NCBI GenBank assembly: GCA_965287045.1
Contig: OZ336877.1
Coordinates: 34,472,001 to 34,536,000 of the forward strand
Direction: 5' to 3'
Origin: Carcharhinus amblyrhynchos
Taxonomy: Eukaryota
Length of the DNA stretch: 64,000 nt
The notes beneath the pieces were generated by a model, which searched no databases, was not told the DNA's origin, and saw only the letters and a program-made list of their open reading frames with translations. Both the position numbers and the translations under genes were made by a program. Shown here piece after piece: positions 12,486 to 24,485 of this stretch. Each line of letters opens with the position of its first letter. Position 1 is the stretch's first letter.

Positions 12486-13050
12486 TACCAAAGCTTTTCC
12501 TCCTGTACTCATCAGGACAAACACCAAATTTCAAATGATCTTAACATTTTATACTACAGGAGAAGGGGTCCTGATTGATTGGCAATTTGTCTCTGACTGA
12601 GACATTGCCATAGAGAAAGCAAGGGGAACGATAGGTTTTCTGGGGATTCAAACATGTGCAAGGTTTGAATGCTTTCCTTGTGTTTGTAGTGAATGGATAT
12701 TACTTCTGGCATGTGCAAATGAGCCACTTACAGGCTTGATTGATTATCTTAAATTGGTTGTTGGTTTAGTGATCAGTTCTCTTATCAATCAGATAATCAG
12801 TCAAATGTAATGTGCTAAGTTACACTTGCTGGAATGACATACGTTCATTGGCAGGAACCTATGGTCTGCAAACAAAAGGAACATGTTCAAGCCTTGCACC
12901 ATTTTTGAATTACCCAGGAGCTTGGGGAGCCTATGGTAACACCTCACCTCTTTCGCCATGGTGACGCCTCAGCTACCTCAGTTAACCAATCAGCACCCTT
13001 TTCCCCTGTAGTGTAGATTGTTCTAATTAATTGAAATTTGGCATTCTTGT
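12486..13050. mobile_element. Old palindromic Penelope-like remnant with degenerate hammerhead
   Basis: Inverted arms ccaaatttcaa/ttgaaatttgg, gtgcaaggtttgaa/ttcaagccttgcac and ttgattgattatct/agataatcagtcaa. Minus-strand tgtc-ctgatga..gaaaagctt at the left end. Confidence 0.55.
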
Positions 13051-13879
13051 GTCTCACTGCTCTGTTACTAGTCTTTCATAGCTCTAGTTCTTTCCACCTA
13101 CCCTCCATACTGAATTTCTGTTCTTACACATTCTCTAAGTTTAACCATAAAACCCCAAACTGCAAAAGGAGGACGTTTGATCTGCACTGACTCTCTGAAA
13201 GAGCAGCCATCACCTCAACTATCACGCCCCCACCATGCCCCCTTCCTCCCCCCTCAACCATCCCTATAAACCCGCACATTTACCACGGCTAATCCACCTA
13301 ACCTACACATCTCCGGACACCTAAGGGGCAATTTAGCATTGCCAGTCCACCTAATCTGCCCACCCTTTTGAATGTTATCACCATAGTTTATTCATTACTT
13401 TGTATCCATTGTTTTGTTGGCTGACTAGTTTTTTCATACTTCCCACCATTCATATAGAGATGAAGCCTCGAGCACTGCAAGTCTGGATTGGCTGTAAATC
13501 TCTTTGGAAAACGATACCTCTTAGACGTTTGGGACACAGAATGTTGACACGGGCTGCATCAATAGTAACAAGCTCACACTGTTGATCTTATGCTCACCAA
13601 AGCGGAAATACTTGACTGGATAATTCATCAGTGCACCCAAGCAAATCATGATGCCAATCTTCTGAGCAGCTATGTGGAATTTAAACATTCAGTAAATTCA
13701 AAATATCCAAATCCCCTTGACTCCACCTCCACACAACGAAAAAGAACACCCTTTAAATATGATTGCACTAAATATTTAAATTCCTATTTTCTTGTTAGAA
13801 TACATGATAATTTTTTTGAATGCCAATCAAATCATCTGTCAACCATGTTGTCTTGATTGTTTTAAATGAGTCTGACTTT

Positions 13880-14187
13880 ACTCAGGTAGATACAGGGAGG
13901 ATGTTCCCATTGGTGGGGAATTCACAGTCTGAGGATTTAGGGTGGAGATGAGGAGACACTTCTTTACTCAGAGTGGTGAGCCTGTGGAATTCATTACCAC
14001 AGGAAACAGTTGATGCCACAACATTGAATGTATTCAAGAGGCGGGTAGATATAGCACTTGGGGCGAATGGGATTGAAGGTTATGGGGAAAAAGTAGGATT
14101 AGGTTATTGAGTTGGACGAGCTACAAGCACAGCAGGCTTGTAGGGCCAAATGGCCCCCTTCCACTTGTATCTTCTACGTTTCTATGA
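13880..14187 (+). mobile_element. CR1-clade LINE 3' fragment
   Basis: gggaggatgttccc..ttctttactcagagtggtgagcctgtggaattc..gggccaaatggcc..ttctatg. Confidence 0.75.
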
Positions 14188-14329
14188 ATGTGTTCCACAA
14201 GGATAGGTGTTGGGTCCATTGCTGTTTCTTGGTTTTATTCATGTTCTCATGTTGTAGGGGGAACAATCTGCAAGTTTGCTGAAGACACTAAGCATCTGCA
14301 TTAAAACTCTGGTAATAGTTCTTGAGCAT

Positions 14330-14563
14330 AAACCAATTAACTCAAGAACAGCTTCTTCCCTGCTGTCAGCAGAGTTTTGAAACATCCTATCATATATTAA
14401 ACTGATCTTTCTCTTCAGCCTACCTGTAACTGCAACACTACATTCTGCACCCTATCCTTTTCTTTTCCCCTATATATTCATGGATGGTATGCTTTTCTGT
14501 ACAGTACACAAGAAACGATACTCCTCATTGTATGCCAATACATGTAACAATAAATCAAATCAA
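14330..14563 (+). mobile_element. Rex1/Babar-type LINE 3' end
   Basis: ctcaagaacagcttcttccctgctgtc (KNSFFPAV) and aataaatcaaatcaa tail. Confidence 0.75.
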
Positions 14564-14715
14564 TAGGAGGCAACTACACATCAATCTGAATGTGCTTGTG
14601 ACTGGCAAATGGCACTTAACTTCTAAAAGATGCGATGATCTGCATATAGGCAAAGTGAATCCTAGACTTGTATACAATCTTCAGAAAAAACTGCTGAAGC
14701 TGCAGAGACTGCAAA

Positions 14716-15120
14716 GGGAGGGGATGGTCTTGCGGTACTATTGCTAGTCTATTAATCCAGAAATGTTCTGTGGACCCGGGTTCAAATCCCACCATGGCGG
14801 CTGGTGAAATTTGAATTCAATAAAAATGTCTGGAATTACGAGTCTACTGATGATCATGAAACCATTGTTAATTGTCGGAAAAACCCATCTGGTTCACTAA
14901 TGTCCTTTAGGGAAGGAAATCTGCTGTTCTTACCTGGTAAGAATTGTAATATCATTTTTAATAATAAATTATAAAATTATAAATCTCTGTACAAATAATT
15001 CTTGCATGTGAATCCAGAACCACAGCAATGTGGTTAACTCTCAACTGCCTTCAGGCAACTAGGGATAGGCAATAAATGCTGGCCAGCCAGCGATGCCCAA
15101 GTCCCATGAATGAACAAAAA
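14716..15120 (+). mobile_element. tRNA-headed short retroelement (family T), near full length
   Basis: gggagggg head, B-box gggttcaaatccc, body, and tail ggcaactagggataggcaataaatgctggccagccagcgatgccc..atgaatgaacaaaaa. Confidence 0.8.
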
Positions 15121-16539
15121 CAAATATCAGAACATTCGAAGACCATAAGATGTGCTGCAAGTGGCCTGGACTTTTGGTTGGTTTCCATTTTATGTTAAAT
15201 ATGGATGGGTGGAGACATGGAGGGATTTGAAAACAGTATCTCATTCAGTGGCTTGTTTCAAATTTTAGCTGAATAATGTTCCCATGAGACTATGGTTTTC
15301 GGGTGGGATGAAGAGGAGTTAGTGTGATGAGATACTGAAGGGACAAGTATCTTGTCCATCATTGTCACTGATATGTCATCCTAATCTTGGCTAGTTTGTT
15401 AAACTCAGCAGCAGTGGAATTTAGAGTCAAATACTCCCTCAGTGAATTAGAGCTGGCTAAGTGGATAGCTCTTGTGCAAATGGGGGACTCATAATTTTGC
15501 TTCTTTCACTGTGGAAACAAAATCCCTCGAGGATCTTAAAGCAGGCATTAGACCCCTTGTTAACATATACAAGGAGTGATTATACCTGAATGATGTTGCT
15601 CTCACACACTCTGCACCAAAGCTTTGAATCCCATCGACAAATCATTACTGGAAATGGTGAGTGTCACATTATGAGTGGGGAGTTGGCAACTTCAGTAATC
15701 ATAATTTTCCACTTGCATAACCACTGCTGTTTCCACCGAGCAGGATTTCTGTTCCCCACCAGACAAGGAAAATGAGAGCCATAAAGCAGATGTTTCTTTC
15801 CCTGAACTTATTAACAGTTGCGGCAAAATTGAACACTTCCGTAAAGTAACTGGAGCACACAGTCTGAAATCCCAGAAGATTTTCTGTTTTCCGTGAAACT
15901 CGTGGGAGTTTCAGGTTTTCGGCAGAAGTTTGGAAAACATCGTAAACAGTGCGCGCTCAGCAAGTATCACTGCAAGGTGAAGTTAATGAAGAAAAAGAGT
16001 GGAACAAGTTGACTGTACGAAAACTTGCCTCTTCAGAACCGTCACCTGAAGGATGGTGCAGGAGAGGCAGTGCTGGCTGATGGAGGCCAGGCTGGTGGGG
16101 GCTGCGGAGGAGTCTGTAATTCACCAACGGGTTGGAGGAAGGATGTGCGTTTGTCAGAAGAACAGCCAACTGAGCAAGTCGTGGGATGTGGGTAGTAACC
16201 AAGGTTACTGCACAAATTGGTAGTACATTTAATCATCTTTGTAAGTAATTGCTTTTAATTCAGGCATTTGAAAACTGAAGCAGATAAAACTCACTAGAAA
16301 TGGGATGCTAGATTCTGTACTTTTGCAATGTTAATGGTCTGGTCTATTTAATTGAGTGGGATGGTAGGTTTCATTAAGATTCTCATAAATACCACCCCAC
16401 CCTCCGCCCAAATTATAACTCTATTTGATATTTCATAAGGAAGGTTTTCAATTACATGGTGGTTAAAAAGTAGATAGGAGAAAACTATCATGCGTACGTA
16501 TGCCCTTGTTATATTACTTGTCAATCTCCAGTGAAAACA

Positions 16540-16772
16540 TGGAATCCCTACAGTGCAGAAAGAGGCCATTCGGCCCATCAAGTCTGTACCCAATTTAGTA
16601 TGGTCAATCCGCCAGCCTGCACATTCTTGGACAGTGGGAGGAAACCTGAGCACCGGGAGGAAACCAACGCAGACATGGGGCGAATGCGGCAAACTCCACG
16701 CAGACATTTACCCAAGGCCAGAATCGAACCCGGGTCCCTGGTGCGGTAAGGCAGCAGTGCCAACGTGCTGCC
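16540..16772 (-). mobile_element. HE1-type V-SINE (internally deleted)
   Basis: Reverse-complement SINE consensus. Confidence 0.75.
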
Positions 16773-17149
16773 AAATTATTTACACTAATTCAGATGATGT
16801 GCACCATTTTATAAGGACTAACAATTTCCACCTTATGTTGAAAGTTTCAGGTGTGCTTTAAGTATTCTCTTGGCCCCAGCAGTCCAGGTCACCCTCATAA
16901 ACAAAATAAGCAATAATGACAATCCAAACTACCCACTGTTTAATTAAATGATCATATAATCAGGGGATGTGAAAATAGGTCAATCTTTTCTGATCTGAAC
17001 TTTGCCAGCCCACCATGCCTCTCCCCAACTTCCCACCCACACCTCTGGGATCTTATTGAAGGTGGCTGGGGATGTGATATGGGGAGATTTGAATTCTGCT
17101 CCAAGCCACCATCCCCCGACTGTCCATCGCCTGACGATACTCTATTGAG

Positions 17150-17905
17150 TATAAAGGGATGATGGTGGTGGTATCTTGGATATACGTAATGGTTCCGGAT
17201 CTATGACTATATTAGACTGTTGTTTGACTGTTCTGTGGTACAGTTCTCCCAATTTTGGATACAGAAGCGACAGGGCAGAATTGCCACCGTTATTTCTGCT
17301 GCTAAGGTTGGTGTGAGGTGGTCCATCTTTCCTTCTGGACTTGGTATCGGGGTTTGTTACAACTCAATGTCTTGTCAGGCCATTTCAGAGGGAACTTGAG
17401 GGCTGTGGATCTGGAATCTCATGGATGCCAGACCAGGTGGGGACAGCAGATTAGCGAATAATAGAATCCCCACGGTGCAGAAGAAGGCTAATACGGCCTA
17501 CCGAGTCTGCACTGACCACAATCCCACGCAGGCCCTACCCCCGTAACCCCACATATTTACTCTGCTAATCCCTTGACACTAAGGTCAATTTAGCATGGCC
17601 AAACAATCTCATCTGCACGTCTTTGAACAGTGGGAGGAAAACGGAGCACCCGGAGGAAACCCACGGAGACATGGGGAGAACAGACAGTGACCCATGGCCA
17701 GAATTGAACACAGGTCCCAGGCACTGTGAGGCAGCAGTGCTAACCACTGTGGCACTGTGCCCCACAGATGAGCTTTTGCAGCAATTAACAATGGTTCCAT
17801 GGTTACCATTACTGAGTCTAGATTTCAGTGAATTCATGCTCCCAGAGCATTTTCCTGGGCTTCTAGATTACTAGTCCGGTGACATTCCTAAGGCAGTGCC
17901 TCCCC
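17150..17905 (-). mobile_element. 5' end of a tRNA-headed LINE (head, family-T body, start of APE-like ORF), interrupted by an HE1 SINE at 17460-17765
   Basis: Minus strand reads ggggaggcactgcc..ggactagtaatc head, aaaagctcatctg|HE1|..ctgctgtccccacctggtctggc..cctctgaaatggcc, then PKLGELYHRTVKQQSNIVIDPE. Confidence 0.6.
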
Positions 17906-18444
17906 TGATAGATTATAGATTGCTTCAATAAAGCCTTGATAAAGGCAAAGGTAATTTGAAAAGATTGGAATAATATCTGAAAGGAAACGTGTTTGATTTA
18001 ACCTGAACTGCTTTTGGATGAATGCAAAGCAGATATTTGTAAAGATGTTAAACAGAAAATAGACAAAGAATTCTTTGTTGTGTACACACTGTAGAACATT
18101 ATTGGTCTTATAGGAATATGGATCACTGGTGAAAAATATTGTTCATTTGCCAAGATCAATGTTTTTATTCTATCAAGAAATGTTAAGCCAAATTCAGATG
18201 TGACCTAGAAATAAACCTGTGCAATATAACTGCACACTTTAAATGTGAATGAAAAATGTACTTATTTCATAACCGTGGACAAAATAAGAGTCCTGAACTT
18301 CAGAACTGCCTTGACAGCTTTAATCCATCCATCAGTACAATTATTCTCTATTTTGTGGAACCAAGCATTGTGGTTTGCATAAAATTACTGAGAACTGCAA
18401 ATCACTGCTGCGCACAGTTCATGTCATTCAGGTTGTTCAACTTT

Positions 18445-19075
18445 AGAATCTCAGAATCCCTACAGTGCAGAGAAAGGCCATTTGGCCCATCAAGTCTGCA
18501 ATCCTATTGAGGCCCTATCTCTGTAACCTCACATATTTACCCTGCTAATCCTTCTGACCTACACGTTCGTGCAGAGAAGGTTCATGATGTTGCCGGGACT
18601 TGAGAAGCTGAGTTACAGAGAGAGATTGAATAGGTTAGGATTTTATTCCCTGGAGCATAGAAGAATGAGGGGAGATTTGGTAGAGGTGTATAAGATTTTG
18701 ATGGGTATAGATAGACTGAATGCAAGCAGGCTTTTTCCACTGAGGCTAGGGGAGAAAAAAGCCAGAGGGCATGGGTTAAGGGGAATATTAGAGGGGGGCT
18801 TCACGCAGAGAGCGGTGGGAGTGTGGAATGAGCTGCCGGATAAAGTGGTAAATGTGGGGTCACTTTTAACATTTAAGAAAAACTTAGGCACGTGGATGAG
18901 AGGGGTGTGCAGGGATATGGTCCAAGCACAGGTCAGTGGGACTAGGCAAAAAATGGTTCTGCATAGACAAGAAGGGCCAGAAGGCCTGATTCTGAGCTGT
19001 AAATTTTCTGCGGTTTCTATGGGACACTAAGGGGCAACTTAGCATAGCCAATCCACCTAACCCGCACATCTTTAG
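18445..19075. mobile_element. Nested insertion: CR1 3' fragment (+, 18569-19020) inside an HE1 SINE (-)
   Basis: The SINE 3' part stops at about 18565 and resumes with gggacactaaggggcaac at 19021. The insert encodes QRRF..LPGL..SY.ERL.RLG.YSLE.RRMRGDL.EVYKI. Confidence 0.85.
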
Positions 19076-19234
19076 AGGGAATATTTTCAAAGGCAGCGGG
19101 GAAAGAATTATCCTTGTATGACAGAGGTTCAACAGTAAAATGATGAAATAATCCTTACGATTAGTAAGTCATTTTCTCTGCATATGCTCCTGTTGATGTG
19201 TTTACACACACACATGTTTATATTGGTGTCCACG

Positions 19235-19375
19235 TCCAAGTCCCACTCCATACACTTGAACACATGAATTAAAGCTGATGCTCCAGTGCAGTACTGAAGG
19301 AGTGCTGCACAGCCAGAGGTGCCATCTTTTGGGTGGAATGTTAAACTTAAGCGCTGTCAGACCTCTTGACCCTTC
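19235..19375 (+). mobile_element. Deu-domain SINE (SacSINE1/AmnSINE1-like) fragment
   Basis: caagtcccactcc..cacttga..gctgatgctccagtgcagtactgaaggagtgctgcac..gaggtgccatcttt..tgttaaac resembles the recalled DeuSINE consensus. A probable 3' part lies at about 31285-31480. Confidence 0.55.
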
Positions 19376-19454
19376 AGCTATGTGCCTGACTGCTCCCTCC
19401 CTAAATTAAGAGGAAACACACACCCTTGGTGTAAGTGGGCACAACTTTGCTGCA

Positions 19455-19750
19455 TATTTTTTCCCAGGGCTGAAATGGCTGCCACAAGAGGACACAGGTT
19501 TGAGGTGCTGGGGAGTAGGTACAGAAGAGATGTCAGGGGTAAGTTTTCCACTCAGAGTGGTGGGTCCGTGGAATCGGCTGCCGGCGGTGGTGGAGGTGAA
19601 TTTGTTAGGGTCTTCTAAGAGACTGTTGGATGAGTACGTGGGACTTAGTAAGATAGAGGGTTATAGGTAAGCCTAGTAGGTAGAGATATATTCGGCGCAA
19701 CTTGTGGGCCAAAGGGCCTGTTTGTGCTGTAGTTTTTCTATGTTCTATAT
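19455..19750 (+). mobile_element. CR1-clade LINE 3' fragment
   Basis: tttttcccaggg..gaggacacaggttt..gggccaaagggcctgtttgtgctgta..ttctatgttctat. Confidence 0.75.
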
Positions 19751-20051
19751 TAACGTTTCCCCACATCGCTGTGATGAATAGAACAACTGTGATTTGGTAG
19801 TGATGTGTGGGCTGTGATGTATCCATCTTTACTGACGGTGCCAGGTTTTGACCACAGAAGGAATGGACAACTTCTAACTCAGGGTTAGGGTCCAATTTTA
19901 CAATGTGTGTTTATAAAAATCATTTCTCGAATTCTGCCTTGTTGGAGTCTGTTAAATATGTTCCTTTGTAATTGTGACAAAAGAAAGTGCTATTCTTTGG
20001 AACGATTGTTTTGTTTTTGACAATAACACAAAGATTTCTTCTCTCCTTCAG

Positions 20052-20105
20052 GGAGAAAGTGGAAACCCAGGTTTGCCAGGGAGAGATGGACACCGTGGAG
20101 CACTG
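20052..20105 (+). CDS. COL21A1: Collagen exon (54 nt), GESGNPGLPGRDGHRGAL
   Basis: tttcttctctccttcag| acceptor, |gtagga donor, six Gly-X-Y triplets. Resembles recalled COL21A1 GEAGSPGAPGQDGTRGEP. Confidence 0.9.
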
Positions 20106-21425
20106 GTAGGACTGTAGCATATCTCAGTCACAACTGATTCCCTCCTGGCTTGATTCTTTCCTTTGTTCTCCTCTCCGCTCCCTCCTCGGCTTCCCTTCCA
20201 AACAATGGTTATTGTTGTAAAATTGCTCTCTTGGTATCAAGCAGGTCTCCAGTAACCTGGTGGTTACCCTTCCTGTCTGAGCCCTTGGTATTGATTGGTC
20301 TTGGGTGATTTGGTTTAGGGAATGCTGGGAAGCAGATTTGACACCACATTTAATCATGTATTAAAGCAAAATGTACACCAGGCTGGAATTCTGTTGTTGA
20401 GTCGAGTGTCCCAATGGCGGGGTCAGAAATGTCATTGAATCATAGAATCCCTACAGTGCAGAAAGAGGCCATTTGGCCCATCGATTCTGCACCGACAACA
20501 ATCCCACCTGGACCCTATCCACTTACCCTGGCATATTTATCACACTAATCCCCTGACACTGAGGGTCAATTTAGCAGGTCAATCAACCTAACCTGCACAT
20601 CTTTAGAGTTTGTGTGTTGGAACTTCCGCTCGTAGGTGTGACGTCCAGCCAATTAGATATTCTTGGATGGGTTGCCTGCCCAATTGTGCAGCGGGAGGCA
20701 GGGAGGGAGTTGATAACCCCGCCACTAATGAGCATCTGACAGACAGACATTCATTCTCTGCAATGCAGCTGCTTCAGTCGAGCTGCGTGATGAGTCGATG
20801 CCTTGAGATCACAGAACCTTCTGATCTTTCTCCTTTTGGATATCCCCAACTTCTGCTTCTATCTGCTATTCTGGAGTGATATCTCAGAGCAGACAAATAT
20901 GTTTGCAATACGTCCCTCCCAAGTTCGTCTCCAGTCCGTCGGGGAGATCCTGTTTCGTAGTGATGCCAGCAGCAGATACTCACACCCAATCAAAGTGGCC
21001 CAGACTTGCCTCCTGTGACTCTTGACCTGCCATCCGTCGTCATCGAACCTCCCTTCACTTACCCCCTGTTACCCTGAACTCTCAGGACCACATCATTGAC
21101 TTTTCCTCTATAACCCTTTGGAATTCTCCCTTGGCAACATAATGGTTTTCTTGGCTGACCCAGCACCCTGAGCAAATAATGGAAAATTCTGCCTTTGCTT
21201 TCAATCCCCAGTTGAATATTCATTTTCCATTAAATCTAAATACCGTTGTCCTCCAGTGGGCAACTGGGAATCTATAATGAAAGAAAGGAGTTTTAATTAT
21301 GTTAAAAGATGTATTAATAATGGATCTGAGCCTAAACAGGGATCGGAAATCTGTGGTCCATGAGATTCTAACAACGTGACCGGATTTGCCTCAAATATTT
21401 ACTACCCCTCTTCCATATTCAAGGT

Positions 21426-21593
21426 CACAGTAAGAAGTCTCACAACATCAGGTTAAAGTCCAACAGGTTTATTTGGTAGTATGAGCTTTCGGAGCGCTGC
21501 TCCTTCATCCAACACCCTTGGTGGACTTTAACCTCGTGTTGTGAGACTACTTATTGTGCCCAACCCAGTCCAACACCGGCATCTCCACGTCAT
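21426..21593. mobile_element. Penelope-like remnant with inverted repeat and truncated hammerhead
   Basis: cacagtaagaagtctcacaacatcaggttaaagtcca ... tggactttaacctcgtgttgtgagactacttattgtg forms a hairpin of about 35 bp. Confidence 0.75.
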
Positions 21594-21816
21594 ATTCGAG
21601 GTCAGTGAGTGTTGTATATTGGAGATTGACGCTAGGGAACACGGCGGGTTAAACGTAACAAAGCTTTATTTACAGGGTAGGGTTCACTACATAGTTACTT
21701 CATTACTCTGGCAATTTCCTGTGCTGGCAACCTATGACACTGTTTCTGGTGAATACAAGAATATATTAATATACATTGCTTAGTGCAGCTACCAAGAATC
21801 AGTACATATACAGAAC

Positions 21817-22921
21817 AGTTATTTGGGATCCAGATCAGTTTATATGAAGCTAGACTAGATTCCAAAAACTTTCCTATTTTGGCATTAGTCTGAGGATAGT
21901 ATGTTTCACTTCAGTTGTGATTTTATTGACACACTAGGAAACTTTTATGAAAACAATTTTTATTTTAACAACACAGTTTACCAACAACAAATGAATTAGC
22001 TTAACCTTTAACAATTGAACAACACTTAAACATGACAAGATACAATCTTTAATTGCTAACCTATCACTTTTAGTTCCAATCAAGCAATTTTTCTCTGAAA
22101 GACTTAAACCTTTCCTTAGAATTAGTTAGCAAATCACAGGCATACTTGCTTTAACCTGGGTTAACAGTCTTGGAGTTTTCAGAAAGCATCTAGAGAAAGA
22201 GACACTTCTACCAGCTCCAGGTAGCAACTGCCCTTGATTTTAATATGAACATGAAACTGCTTTTGCCTAAAAGCTTACTTCCTCACATTTCTGGTTTCAA
22301 ATTACTCTGTCCCTGTCAATCAACCTAATTAAAACTCACATGTTTATATTAATTAAAAAACACCCCAATAAGCCTTCTGCTGAGATAACCACTTACAAAA
22401 ACTCAAAAATTTGTGAATATAGCCCAGCCTCCTATCCATTGACTGTGTCTAAACTTCCCATTGCCTTAACAAAGCAGCCAGCGCAATTAAATACCCCATG
22501 CACCCTGGGCATTCTCTCTTTCACACCTTCCTCTGGATAAAAATACAAAAGTCTGAGGTCATGTGTCAAACAACTCAAGAACAGCTTCTTCCTGCTGTCA
22601 TTAGACTTTTGAATGGACCTACCTTGCATTAAGTTGATCTTTCTCTACACCCTAGCTCTGACTGTAACACTACATCCTGCACTCTTATTTCCTTCTCTAT
22701 GAATGGTATGCTTTATTTGCATAGCACGCAAGAAACAATACTTTTCACTGTATGTTAATATATGTGACAATAATAAATCTAATCAAATCAAAATACATGG
22801 CTAAAAATGAGTAATTATCTTGCTTTCCAAACAAACTGAATCTTTGTACAAATGCACTGAATCTTAAAACAGTCCCACCTTAAACATAAAGTATATCAAA
22901 ATAGCACAGTATCATCCCACA
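21817..22921 (-). mobile_element. Possible solo LTR interrupted by a Rex1 fragment
   Basis: Minus strand begins tgtggga and has AATAAA signals near a 3' end that looks LTR-like. No clean TSD or terminal CA seen. Confidence 0.3.
22430..22792 (+). mobile_element. Rex1/Babar-type LINE 3' fragment
   Basis: cagcctcctatccattgact..aagaacagcttcttcctgctg..gtgacaataataaatctaatcaaatc. Confidence 0.8.
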
Positions 22922-23044
22922 GTGAGCATGCACTATGAATCTGTACCTATTTCTTCACAGTAAAATGAAAATACATTATTATTTAGTCATTAGTTTATAT
23001 TTTACATGGTTTTATGCTTATCAGGATGATTAGAAACAGTTTTT

Positions 23045-23342
23045 TAAGTTTATTTATTAGTGTCACAAGTAGGCTTACATTAACACGGCAATGAAGTTAC
23101 TGTGAAAATCTCCTAGTTGCCATACTCCGGTGTCTGTTCAGGTACACTGAGGGAGAATGTAGCTTGGCCAATGCACCTAACCAGCACGTCTTTGGACTGT
23201 GGGAGGAAACTGGAGCACCCGGAGGAAACCCATGCAGACATGCGGAGAATGTGCAGACTCTGCACAGACAATGACCCAAGCAGGGAATTGAACCCTGGTC
23301 CCTGACGCAGTGAGGCAGCAGTGCGAACCACTGTGTCACCCC
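23045..23342 (-). mobile_element. V-SINE with tail B
   Basis: Full reverse-complement head, V-domain and tail B. Confidence 0.85.
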
Positions 23343-23926
23343 AGTTGTCAGTGCCCTACTTTCCATTGTGAGTCTGTGTAGATGAGCTGGGACAGGTTGG
23401 TCAGTCTACACATACAGCCTGGTCCAGTAGCAAATAGAAGCAGAAAATTACAACTTGCAAAGAGATCATCTGGTCTCTTTTTTTTATAATAAACGTTACA
23501 TTTAATTTCCTGTAAATGGAAAGCAGGTATTTGAACCATTTTTACTACACTAAAGGATCTTCGAAAGCCTTGACAGCTGACATATTTGAATAGGAAGCTC
23601 AGCGCATGAATGAGAACAAATAACTAATTTCTACTTAACATTAAAATGACTTTAATAAAATTAATAACTAATAATGAGAACATTAACCTCAGCCCCACAT
23701 GCTGAAGAGTAACAGTGGGTGCTTTCACATGCTATTGAACTGAATGGAAAACTTGGATTCCAGATTATTCATTTTGTAAAATTGCATTCCTGGCAGTGGG
23801 CGTAATCTACCTGGAGCATCTGATCGGGAATTCTGATGCATGGTTCTCACAACTTTCCACTCTCAGTAGAATTGCCTAGTGAAATCACAATACTAGGATT
23901 GTCATTTCATAAAACTGTTATGCAAA

Positions 23927-24485
23927 GATTTGATTTATTATTGTCACATGTATTCATATACAGTGAAAAGTATTGTTTCTTGCACGCTATACAGACAAAG
24001 CATACCGTTCAGAGAGGAGAGAGTGCAGAATGTAGTGTTACAGTCAAAGCTAGCGTGTAGAGAAAGATAAACTTAATGTGAGGTAGGTCCATTCAAAAGC
24101 CTGAGGACAGCAGGGAAGAAGCTGTTGGTACATGATCTCAAACTCTTGAATCTTTTTCCTGACGGAAGAAGGTGGAAGGGTATATGTCCGTGGTGCGTGG
24201 GGTCCTTGGTTATGCTGGCTGTATTTCTGAGGCAGTGAGAAGTGTAGACAGTGTCACTTGATAGGAGGCTGGTTTGAGTGATGGACTGGGCCACATTCAC
24301 AACACTTTGTAGTTCCTTGCGGTCCTGGTTAGAGCAGGAGCCATACCAAGCTGTGACACAACCAAAAAGAATGCTTTCTGTGGTGCATCTGTGAAAGTTG
24401 TAGTGGACATGCCAAATTTCCTTCGTCTCCTGAGTAAGTAAAGACTTTGGTGGACTTTCGTAACTATAACGTTGGCATGGAGGGA
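23927..24485 (-). mobile_element. Rex1/Babar-type LINE 3' fragment
   Basis: Minus ORF ESILFGCVTAWYGSCS..RKELQSVVNVAQSIT..DPTHHGH..FHLLPSGKRF..SFFPAVLRLLN, a typical Rex1/Babar C-terminus. Confidence 0.85.
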
